NCBI RefSeq assembly: GCF_947568905.1
Contig: NC_079169.1
Coordinates: 58,652,001-58,716,000 of the forward strand
Length of the DNA stretch: 64,000 bases
Origin: Ostrea edulis
Lineage: Eukaryota
Direction of reading: 5' to 3'
The position numbers and the translations under genes were made by a program. Of the stretch, positions 12,001 to 21,718 are shown in pieces; position 1 is the stretch's first letter, and every line of letters starts with the position of its first letter. Below the pieces are notes generated by a model that was not told the DNA's origin, searched no databases, and saw nothing but the letters and a program-made list of their open reading frames with translations.

Positions 12001-13614
12001 GTGACGACCAGCATTTCCTTAGCTGTGAAATGAGGATTGTTGGAGTGCAGGAGGACCAGGTTTGTTGCCTTCTGCAGAGTATCGGTGTCGTCTGCAACAG
12101 AGCGCATATACATAGTAACATACATTGCAGAACCGTTTCGGCGTTCCTGGACCAAATCTGTCCAGTAGGGTGCCAATTCCAGGTGAGAGTAGTTCTTGGG
12201 AGTGTACGTTGTATCGGAGTAAGTAGATATAAAACCGTTTGAACACACCTGCAATTAAAATTACAATGCTCAAATCCAAAGTGAAAATAGAATATCATAT
12301 GTACATGCATTCAAAAGTAGTAGTAGAAAGTTTTATTTCAGTGGAACAAATGGAAGAGGGAGGGAACGAGATCCAGGATAATTTTATAATTGATTTTTAT
12401 AGGACTACACATCAGTATCTTTAAAACTACTTATCAAAAATACATACAGTCCGAATATGTTATAGGTGGAATAACATTTATCAACTCACATATAGACGTG
12501 AATACGTCACTGAACCAAATGGAAGCGGGTTTTGAAAACGGAAACTTTTAGTATAGTCATCTCCATCATAGCTGTTTTGATCGTTTCCCCGGGGGAATAT
12601 ATAACTCACTAAGAAGAGAAATTAGATGAACAGTTATTGACATTCTTGAGGTCAATACGATGATTAGCTATTGGAGTGCGAGGTGAATTTTGTACTTCGA
12701 GGGTAGCTGAATCATCGTATTGACCGACAAAATGTAAATGTCAATAAATGTTTTATCATATGACTGAATAATTCCAAACATCGATTGGGTTACTAGAGCC
12801 TACGAAACCGTACCATATTTGTTTATAGCTAGAATCAAGATCTTGTCGAAAGTGATTAGAAATGCAATTCGTTTGTTTATTCTATGACTGAAATTTTAAA
12901 ACATCTCACCAAACGCTACCTGGTCGGTCATCTTTGTTTACAGCTAGAGTGCAAGACTTAGTTAAACGTGATTAAGGACACACTTTTTGAAAAAAAAATT
13001 ATAACTGAATAATTTAACATATCGAAACCGACTACTAGAGATTACCAATCGATACCTAGTCGGTCATCTTTGTTTACAAATAGAGTGCAAGACCTAGTCG
13101 AAAGTGAATAGAGATGTGAGATTTCATTGGACGACCAAAATAATATAAATCGTATCAATTTGTTATATTCGTCTTGAAGGCCCTTGGAGGCTTGAAATTG
13201 TTCAATCATATCATTTTAAAACATATTTTTTGAAAGACAACCACGAGGTTTAAAACGTTTCACATACTTTTAAATCCATACATACTCACATTGAGCCCTT
13301 TGAGCATTTGTTCTTGGAAATCCACTTTGAAAATGTTTGTTTCTGCTTAATGGAACGCAGAGTATATTAATTTAAACTTTCAATATTATCAGGCCAATAA
13401 GAAAGTAAAGGTTTTTCGGAGGTTCGTTTATAAGCATCGTATCGATTAAGTAACATTGGTGCTCTACGTGGGAATTAAGAATAGTATTAACACTATCATG
13501 ATTCATGAATATGTCAATTTCGTAGTTGTGTACTTACAATGTTTCAGTCACAGTTTCAGATGCAATACTGCAGAGAAAAAAGAAGGCAAAGCTGTGTGAT
13601 TTTAAAGATGACAT
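95..13614 (-). CDS. NIDO + EGF-repeat extracellular protein (SNED1-like), paralog A; at least 12 coding exons, 3' end lies beyond the left edge of the window
   Basis: Exons in 5'->3' order: 13614-13538 ([25 protein letters not shown], signal-like), 13342-13290, 12608-12490 ([23 protein letters not shown]), 12248-11958 ([19 protein letters not shown]), 9894-9702 ([21 protein letters not shown]), 9492-9451 ([12 protein letters not shown]), then EGF exons 9220-9110, 6239-6126, 1621-1511, 1085-975, 462-343, 214-95. All introns are GT-AG and the phases (2,1,0,0,1,1,1...) join into one open frame of 487 codons so far. EGF exons read D-[IVT]-[DN]-E-C..C-x-N-x-x-G-S-[FY]-x-C. Confidence 0.88.
1322..1510 (-). 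repeat. 16-bp minisatellite (~11 degenerate units, AGAGATGGGTAAGTGA on minus) at an intron 5' end
   Basis: Plus-strand unit tcacttacccatctct is repeated from 1322 up to the donor of EGF exon 1621-1511. Confidence 0.85.
3030..5228 (+). mobile_element. Naiad-type Penelope-like retroelement (5'-truncated, degenerate; interrupted at ~4490-4850)
   Basis: CxC linker [19 protein letters not shown] at 3048-3180, [24 protein letters not shown], and the family 3' end gagattgatcactgttcg..ttcacctttc. RT is C-terminal with no downstream endonuclease. Confidence 0.8.
4490..4845. mobile_element. Small non-autonomous insertion ending in a hairpin
   Basis: Replaces part of the Naiad RT. It has a 14-bp inverted repeat ataatgtaacttgg..ccaagttacattat at ~4788-4842. 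Superfamily not determined. Confidence 0.4.
5885..6085. repeat. ~25-bp minisatellite (aaacagtcacatgatccaagccttg-like, ~8 diverged units)
   Basis: Tandem periodicity is directly visible. Confidence 0.75.
6245..6851 (+). mobile_element. Naiad-type PLE 3' fragment
   Basis: [34 protein letters not shown] plus the family 3' UTR and terminus. Confidence 0.8.
6960..7110 (+). mobile_element. tRNA-derived SINE-like head (not a functional tRNA)
   Basis: A-box-like tagctcggtcggtta and B-box-like ggttcgagtc; no complete cloverleaf. Confidence 0.45.
7175..7802 (+). mobile_element. Naiad-type PLE 3' fragment
   Basis: [41 protein letters not shown] plus the family 3' end. Confidence 0.8.
8326..9062 (+). 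repeat. 28-bp G-rich minisatellite (gagaggtgtgggctctatgtgaggtggg, ~26 copies)
   Basis: Near-regular tandem units in the intron after EGF exon 9220-9110. Confidence 0.95.
11033..11885 (-). mobile_element. Degenerate Tc1/mariner transposon (N-terminal transposase HTH region)
   Basis: Frameshifted [31 protein letters not shown] followed by [24 protein letters not shown] resembles the Tc1 paired-like/HTH region (MPRL..LEAG..VAR..SGRPRVT..DRYIRL). Confidence 0.65.
12795..13115. repeat. Three diverged ~125-135-bp direct repeats (ggtcggtcatctttgtttacagctagagtgcaagac core)
   Basis: Related blocks at ~12810, ~12920 and ~13060, in intron 2 of paralog A. Confidence 0.6.
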
Positions 13615-13811
13615 GTCTATTAGAAGGAAGCATAAATTCCGAGAAACCGACCTTTATCTTTTCGTTAAGGTTCATGTACGAAACATCACAATGCAAGATA
13701 GCCATACGACCCGAGACTTCATACTTCCTTATCAGTTTAGTGCACCATGTGGTGTAACGAATTTCAGTAAGTAACGTATATCTTGCACTTGAACATAGAA
13801 CTATCATTACC
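13615..13811. promoter_or_regulatory. Putative bidirectional promoter / shared 5' region of the two NIDO-EGF genes
   Basis: Only 197 bp separate the divergent start codons (13614 on minus, 13812 on plus). Transcription start sites cannot be seen in the sequence. Confidence 0.55.
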
Positions 13812-16529
13812 ATGCGATTAATCCCATCTCTTATGATTTTTGGAATATTGAAACACGGCATTTGTTCTTCAAACACTGACAGGTATGAAAAGTATGCATA
13901 ATCTGAATTGAAAATAAATTATTCCTTTCTAAAACGTAAATCAAATAAACAAATTAATTAAACTTTTCATAAAAATTCTTAATAGAACCCTACTGAGGAG
14001 TGGTCCCCATTATAAACACATGTAAAATCATAATATTTGTTTCTTTTCTAGACATATCGATGGTCAGTCACAGCCACTTTTTCCCAGGAATTCTCTTGTA
14101 AGAGATTTGTGTAAGGTCAATTATCTCCTTATATTCATTGAGTGAATCGTGTGTAAACTTACTGTGGTGTGGTTTTTATTCATTATACTAAAAAAGGCTA
14201 CGATAATTGTAATCGAGCTTACAAACTTGAACATGTACATGTATGACGTTCGATTTCTACTTGAGGTATCGTTCATTTGTTTTCGTAGTGCAGTACACAT
14301 ATCCACGCGGGTCTCTGCTCCAAAGCCTTGCCGCCGATGACAATTCCACCTTGATAAGAGTTAGTGATGGAGGACTCGGGATACCAATTGGATACAACCA
14401 AACATACAACGATGTTTTTGTAAGAAAATACATAATTATGGCTTTTCCCACTATTTGAGACTAAGAAAAACATTACCGTTCGATGTCGCTTTCCTGTCTC
14501 CAAAACTCTGTATCGATGAAGTTTTTTCATAAGATTTGAACAGCGTTTTGTAAACCTTGACGTTTTGAAAGATCCTCATGATCATACGCCAGTTCCGAGA
14601 TACGAGCTCTTCTGTGTAGGAGGTGCTTTTAGTGGCACTTTGAATCCTTACGTGGGACAGAGTTGACCTACAATCAGTGAGAAAGACGATAAAATGTATT
14701 AAAAACGGCTTCTCTTTAAATATGTAAATGTAGGAAATACAAAATACTATCGACAGATATCTTTTTTAAAGTGGAACATAAAAATAATGTGATACTTGCA
14801 AGTAACATTCTGGATATGATATGTACATATATGAGCAACGAAATACCGTGATATGATAAGATTTTCGTGTATTTAATTACTCCCTGAATACTTATCATAT
14901 ACTTAGTTTGTGTATCAGTCGAATTCGGGTGATGAAACTGCGTATGAGAAAATTACTGAGCAGATTCACTTGTGATGAATATTTGTCCCACTCCTGCATG
15001 TAAACAAGTTGTTTCGCGCCTTATTATGTATGAGAGTTCTCCAATGGGAAACAACTCGGATGTATCTCGAAACCGGCGTATTGAATCCTCATTGTTTACA
15101 AAACGTGTCACAATGGAGAGAATTACGCGCCCTTCGCACACTTTAAACATCACATGAAGTTTATATGTATGCAATATTTATGTGATGCGCTGTCGCAAAA
15201 ATGGCATGACTAGAAACTACGCTGAAGCTAGCAACCAGTAACCAGAAGCCATCAGCTCGTAGGAGTCAGCAGCCAATTAAGAAAACAATCAAAGTACCGA
15301 AAGTACTCGGACGGAATAGCCAAATTAGTCTTAATACTCGTTTCGTGGACACCTTTCAAAGATTTAGTTGTTATCAAATTTCATCATGATCAATGAAATG
15401 TAAAATTGGGAAATCTTAAATAAGCACAATTGCCTCATAGATCGATTCCACCCCCTTTTAGGATTTTATGGGTTCATCTACATTTTCATCTATCTCTTGA
15501 TCACTTTATTTTCATTTGATCATCCTATATAGAAGTATGAAAATTGACCCATCCTATGACACCCCCATGTGGTACCCCTACATCCTCAAACTGAGGGCGG
15601 GAAATGACTGTCCAAAACGTTCTCTACCTTGCCTCGACACTTGTTTTGTGTACTCTTTAAAGATTAAGAAACTATCAACTTCTATGTTTAATCTTTGAGA
15701 TGAATAATTGTGATGTACCAATTAAACTGTTCAGGCGAGCTAAAATGTTAAATAAATTATCAAAAATCACAATTAACATTCTGTTTATTAATTTAAAATA
15801 TTCTGTCTGATTACTCATAGAATTTTGATGGTTTTCCTTATTGGCTGTTAGCATCTACATGCTTGTAGACTGTTGATATTAGTTGTGCTAGCTTCAGCCT
15901 AGTTTAACCGAGGGACATTGCCTGATCTGCAGCTTGGTAGAACATGTCTTACCCCGCTCGGACGGACCGCCAAAATCACTTCGGCTCGTTAGAATCTGTT
16001 TTATCCAGACCCGACCGCGGAGAATTCCGTCACAGCCGGTATCCCTGCGCCGAATCGCTAATTAAAAGCAGATGATCGTAATAATGGCGACAGGTAATGT
16101 CGTAATAATACATTCTACAAGTATATAAAGAAATTTAACAATACTTTATTTTGGTGAAGGTCAACTCCAATGGTCAGATACTGTTTGGAAGAGACAACAT
16201 TCACAACAACATTCCACATCCAGTGAACAATTACACAGGACCAGATATGCTGGCGCCCTATTGGACGGATTTGTATCCGGTTGGTGGAAATAACGGATAC
16301 GTGTTCTACAACACGTACCGCGCCGACAACCCTGTCGATCACGCCATCGTTTCAAAGGCAGACTTCGGTGTTCTCCTCAACAGTGGAATATCAGATTTCT
16401 CTGCAAAGTGGGTGTTAGTTGTAACATGGTGGAACACCAAAATAACCGATTTTCCAGAGGATGATGTAATTAAAACTAAAAAGACGTCCAACGCTTAAAT
16501 ATGTGATGAAATTTATATCAATTTGTTAC

Positions 16530-16583
<54 letters not shown>

Positions 16584-19500
16584 AATTCTATTAAGGAGAT
16601 ATGCTTTATCTGAACTTATAATTATCCTTTGTTTGAAGCGAATTACGTTCCAGTGCATTCTTATGACGGATTTCATCACAACTTACGCCATCTATAACTA
16701 CATGAGTGTAAATGTCGACCCAAATCACACCCGGGAGAAGGTTGCCATTGGATACAAGACAAATGTCCAGAATTTTAGTAACTCTCATTCATTGAAAGAC
16801 GACGTCTTCCTTTTGAGCAGTTATAGAGGAAATACAGGTTTAATGAATTTTATTCTTGCATTCATATTCTTTGAGTTATGGAAACATGTTGTTGTTTTTT
16901 TTTTAAAATCTGATATAATATATTGTAACGTATTTTCTACGCAGGAGAGCATGGTGTATGGTTTTACGTCATAGCAGATGGTATGTACACAAACTGCTAT
17001 TACATCTGTATCTACTAATTGGTATTCTTGTGTGTAACGTAAAATGCTTCTCCAATTAATCAATGTGATTAATGCACGATTTTTTTTTCTATAAAAATTC
17101 AGATAACGATTGCAAGTGGAAGCCTTGTCAAAATGGAGGATCGTGTGTGGAAAAATATGGCGGATATAAGTGTCTCTGTGCAACTGGCTTTACGGGAGTA
17201 AATTGTGAAATTGGCAAGTTGAAACTGCGATTTGAACCTTTACCTCAATTCCATTGAAAATGTGAAATAATTTACTTTATGTAACAGTATTTAAGTACAT
17301 GTTCTCACTTTTTATGTTATCCAGACATCAATGAATGTTTGACGTCGCCATGTTTCAATGGAACCTGTCTCAACAATCCCGGATCTTTTACATGTGACTG
17401 TTATCCAGGTTTCAAAGCAAAATTGTGCGACCAAGGTGACAGTAGATCTATACTACATGTATTTGCGAATTTTCATTTTATGTGAAATCTGTTCTGCATT
17501 GAAATATAATTAGATGTTTTCTATAATTCTCATCGCAGATATCAATGAATGTAACTATCCCACTATGCCCTGTAAAAACGGTGCCACGTGTAACAATAAC
17601 ATTGGATCCTTTACATGCACATGTGCACCAGGGTGGTCCGGAAGTGTTTGCGATCAAGGTAGACAAAGCAATTTATTGTACATATTAGCTTACTAGTATA
17701 TACTGCAATAGTTAGATACATGTTCGAGTCTAAAACACTTTTATACGACTCTGATTCGATTAAACTTACTACTGGTATCTTATTACTTTCAGAACTGGGA
17801 ATTGTGAAAACATTACTTCTAAAGTATGCTGTTCTAATATTTTTAATTTTCAGACATCGATGAATGTACTAGCACGCCGTGTGTTTATGGAACTTGTATC
17901 AATACACAAGGATCTTACCATTGTAATTGTCCACCAGGAGTAAAGGGGCAACACTGTAATCAAGGTGAGTAAAGACGACACTGAATAGAAGCTTTGTATT
18001 TATAAAGAGACGACACTGAAAGGAAGGTTTGTATTTATAGAGAGATGACACTGAACAGAAGGTTTGTATTTATAGAGGTATGACACTGAACAGAAGGTTT
18101 GTATTTATAGAGAGAGACGATACTGAATAGAAGGTTTGTATTTATAGAGAGATGGCACTGAACAGAAGGTTTGTATTTATAGAGAGAGACGACACTGAAC
18201 AGAAGGTTTGTATTTATAGAGAGAGACGACACTGAACAGAGGGTTTATTTATAGAGAGAGACGACACTGAACAGAGGGTTTATTTATAGAGAGAGATGAC
18301 ACTGAACAGAGGGTTTATTTATAGAGAGAGACGACACTGAACAGAGGGTTTATTTATAGAGAGAGACGACACTGAACAGAGGGTTTATTTATAGAGAGAG
18401 ACGACACTGAACAGAGGGTTTATTTATAGAGAGAGACGACACTGAACAGAGGGTTTATTTATAGAGAGAGACGACACTGAACAGAGGGTTTATTTATAGA
18501 GAGACAATACTTTACAGAGGGATGATAAATGTTTTGTAAAGAGACAATACTTTAAATATGGATGATGAATGCGTTATAGAAAGACAATGTTTTACATAGG
18601 GATGATAATGTTTTATAAAGAGATAATACTTTACATAGAGATAATAGAAGTTTTGTAAAGAGACAATATTTTACATAGGGATGATATATGGATGATAAAA
18701 GGACAGTACTGTACAGAATGTTGGTAAATATAGGATAAAGATAATACAATACTAGTAATTTGTAAATGGATAATGAATAGATAATTTAAATTTGCAGACA
18801 GTTTGCATTTCTTAGTTTATTATAGTGATGAAGTTTTAACTGCATTCATTTTTATTGGGGGGAGGGATATTTTTCCTGTACTTCTATACAGTGTTAATTA
18901 TGTAAATGGGTTTCCCTGTGAAAAAGTGAAGAGAGCAAACAGTGATTAATCTCATAAATCCTATAAAGAATATAAAATTAAGAGTAGGGAAACACGAATT
19001 CCTGTACACATCAGATCATGTGGGATCAGGTTCCTACTAGGAGTAAGCATCCCCTGCTGACTGGTCACACCCATCGTGAGCCCTACATCTTGATGTTTAT
19101 GCATATATCATTATCATAAAATAAAATGATTAGGTTATTTATATTCAGTGTAGTTTTAATTTCAGGGTTAGGGTTAGATGAACTAAGATGTATAGGTAAA
19201 AACCAAAAATCACAACAAATAATTCTGTAAATACACATAAGTTGTTATAAATAATACCATTCGAACTATACAGGACGCTTATAGCCGTAGCATTGAAGGT
19301 TTGCCCACGTTTACCTTGACACGGAACCTCCAATTGTAAGGTTATATCCAATAGTCAAGTATTTCAAACTGTTCAAAAATTCTCGACATTAGCAATAACA
19401 TTCATTAGAGGAACTACTAGTATTTTAGAGAAGTATCTTAAAATGCCACAGTCTTTATCAGCCTCAACATTGGTACAAAAAGCACATACTTGCCTACCTC

Positions 19501-20590
19501 TTTAACTTGTATGCTTTGTTCGCCTGTATCACATTGGTATAAAAAGAAACAAAGGAAAAGACGTTTTCGAAAGCAAAATTGATATAAAATTTTCACCACA
19601 AACCCCCCCCCCCCACCATTTCCTTTGAAAACTTTGCGTTTCCTCAAATCTGTGACAATCCTGACAAAACTCCAAGATTTTTTTCATTGATATTCCAGAC
19701 GCAAAAACCAGAAATATTTTTACATCTAAATTTTTACATAATTTTAAATCTGACAATCCTGACAAAACTCTAAGATTTTTTCACATATTCCAGTGGCAAA
19801 ACCAGAAAAATTTACAAGGAGGGGGAGTTACGGCCCAAGTTTGTATCTATTCCTCCCAAGAAAGGGGAGTGTGTTGAAGATCCCGAAATCGCAAAAAATT
19901 ACCATTTAAAAAAGTTTACCCAAGGGGATTGTTGCAACCCCCCGCAACCCCCTCCATATCTGCTGCTTCATTCATTATTATGATTACATGTAAATATTTT
20001 ACTTAGAAGAAATATTTAGTAGGTTTCACGGTTTTCAATCTGATTGAAAGCAGACCTTTGATCCGCTCCAATATTATGATGTCGTTAATACAAATAATAC
20101 GCTTTGTATTAGCTACATCAATATAAGAGCGGATCAAAGATCTGGTTTTAATCAGCTTGCAGTTTTAAAGTATATTTACAAATTTAAGTGAAAATGGGGA
20201 CCACACGATGCCTTATCTACCTTGTTCTTTTAATCTGATGTAGATGTGAATGAATGCCATGATATACAGCCGTGTCATAATGACGGTACCTGTGTGAATA
20301 CAGTGGGGACCTTCCGCTGTACTTGTGCCGCTGGATATGCTGGCCTGACCTGCAGTTTCGGTAATTTTTAGTCAACAGAATTTTTCACCATACATTTGAA
20401 GATAAATCCTGTGGTTATATCAGCTTCTGCATTAATCTTTCTTTCTTTTTTAACTTGAATGACTGGACATTTTCCTTTCCGTATTTTGTTACATAGAGTG
20501 TGTTTGTTTTGAGGATTGAAGTTTCGTGTCTACTATCTCATTTCAGAATTCAGTAAGATACATGCTGGTCTTGATGTAGTTGGTAAATAA
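13812..20590 (+). CDS. NIDO + 5 EGF-repeat extracellular protein (SNED1-like), paralog B, ~471 aa; terminal exon uncertain
   Basis: Exons: 13812-13882 ([23 protein letters not shown], signal-like), 14052-14110, 14289-14419 (QYTYPRG..ADDNST..YNDVF), 16160-16465 ([19 protein letters not shown]), 16639-16837 ([21 protein letters not shown]), 16945-16980 ([12 protein letters not shown]), EGF exons 17103-17213 (GC donor), 17325-17435, 17539-17658, 17854-17964, 20244-20360, and a putative last exon 20547-20590 ([14 protein letters not shown]). Total 1416 nt, in frame. Intron positions and phases match paralog A. Confidence 0.87.
15214..15905. mobile_element. Non-autonomous TIR element (~690 bp)
   Basis: aaactacgctgaagctagca (15214-15233) and the reverse complement of 15886-15905 match at 19/20, with looser inverted similarity further inside. 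No clear TSD. Confidence 0.5.
16533..16578. repeat. (CT)n microsatellite
   Basis: Direct observation. Confidence 0.95.
17973..18520 (+). repeat. 33-36-bp minisatellite (gacgacactgaacagagggtttatttatagagaga, ~16 copies), decaying to ~18720
   Basis: Begins 8 bp after the donor of EGF exon 17854-17964. Confidence 0.9.
18925..19095 (-). mobile_element. Naiad-type PLE 3' UTR fragment
   Basis: Reverse complement of the family 3' end (aacagtgattaatctcataa..gtaagcatcccctg..ggtcacaccc). Confidence 0.7.
20036..20159. mobile_element. 124-bp miniature TIR element (CAATCTGATT family)
   Basis: ~33-bp imperfect TIR caatctgattgaaagcagacctttgatccgctc / gagcggatcaaagatctggttttaatcagcttg. TSD degenerate. Confidence 0.65.
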
Positions 20591-20876
20591 AATCGTTTTC
20601 CCTATGCACGCCTAAGTGAGTTGGTTTTATTTTGTACAGTGCACCATACCTTAAAAAAGATCAACTTTAACAATTTGAACATACCATAGACATGCAAGTA
20701 TATCCATACGCAATAGGCAAAAACCCTGCGTTCTTGAAAACAAATTTATACGTGTCCACGTAATGCCCTGTCATTGCAAAACAAAACAGTTATGTATCAT
20801 GCTGAAAACGTAACAAAGCATTTGACAAACTGAGAACATAGTACACATGTATTTGACAAACTGGGAACATATTATT

Positions 20877-21624
20877 AACAAGAGTACTGCAAACGGTACA
20901 TAATACGCCCGTGAAATGCTTACATAGGGTGTTTTTCTTGTGTTATAATTCGTATAACTTTGCTTCAGGTAGTATCAGCCATCATGAGGCTGTGACAAAC
21001 TTTCATATCAACAAAGGGTCTTAGCTTAAAAATTGAGATTTCCTCAAAATGGACCAAGTTCAACAACCTGCAATTTTTTCAAAAATGGAAGAAAATCAAA
21101 ATCCTTCACCAGATGCACATCTTCAGTACCTATACAAACACTCCACAAAATAAGAAGGTCCTCACTTGAAAACTGTGGGAGGAGTTGGGCAGACAAATTA
21201 TGTACCCTTCATAGAATATTAATTTCCAAATAGACTAAGTTAAACAACCTGTAATTTTCTCAAAAATTGCAGAAAATCAAAACCCATCCCACATGCATAT
21301 CTTCAATACCCATACAAACACTCCACAAAATAAGAAGCTCTCACTTGAAAACTGTGGGAGGAGTAGGGTGGACAAATTATGTACCCTCCATATAATAATT
21401 ATTTCCAAATAAAGGGGCAAAACTCCCGGAAAAAAGGTTGAAATGGATCAAAATTGCAGTATGATCCAGAGTGACCCACAAAGAAGCTACACGGCAAGTT
21501 TCAGCATGATATGTGAAAGGGAAATGAAATTATAAAGAGAAAACCCCGAACAGACGGACGGACGGACGGACGTACATACATCGCTGTACCATAATACGTC
21601 CCGTCTAAAGACGGGCGTATAAGA
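20877..21624 (+). mobile_element. Helentron-type non-autonomous element (HINE)
   Basis: 5' aacaagag, subterminal ataatacgccc, two ~180-bp internal repeats, a (gacg)n microsatellite, and a 3' hairpin cccgtc-taaa-gacggg. Confidence 0.7.
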
Positions 21625-21718
21625 AACTAAACTTTGATGAACTGAGAGCATAAAGAATTCGACACACTGAGATCACAGAATTCGACAAACTAAGAATTTG
21701 AAATGACCAACTGAGATC

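Noticed and set aside
14580-15085. ~20-bp inverted similarity (atacgccagttccgagatac) and ORFs 14953-15174 / 14972-15157
   Set aside because: Too short and degenerate to define an element, and the translations carry no motif I recognise.
16084-16093. ATG GCG ACA G|gt as the first exon of paralog B
   Set aside because: It is phase 1 whereas the next NIDO exon is phase 0, and a fully paralogous upstream exon set exists at 13812-14419.
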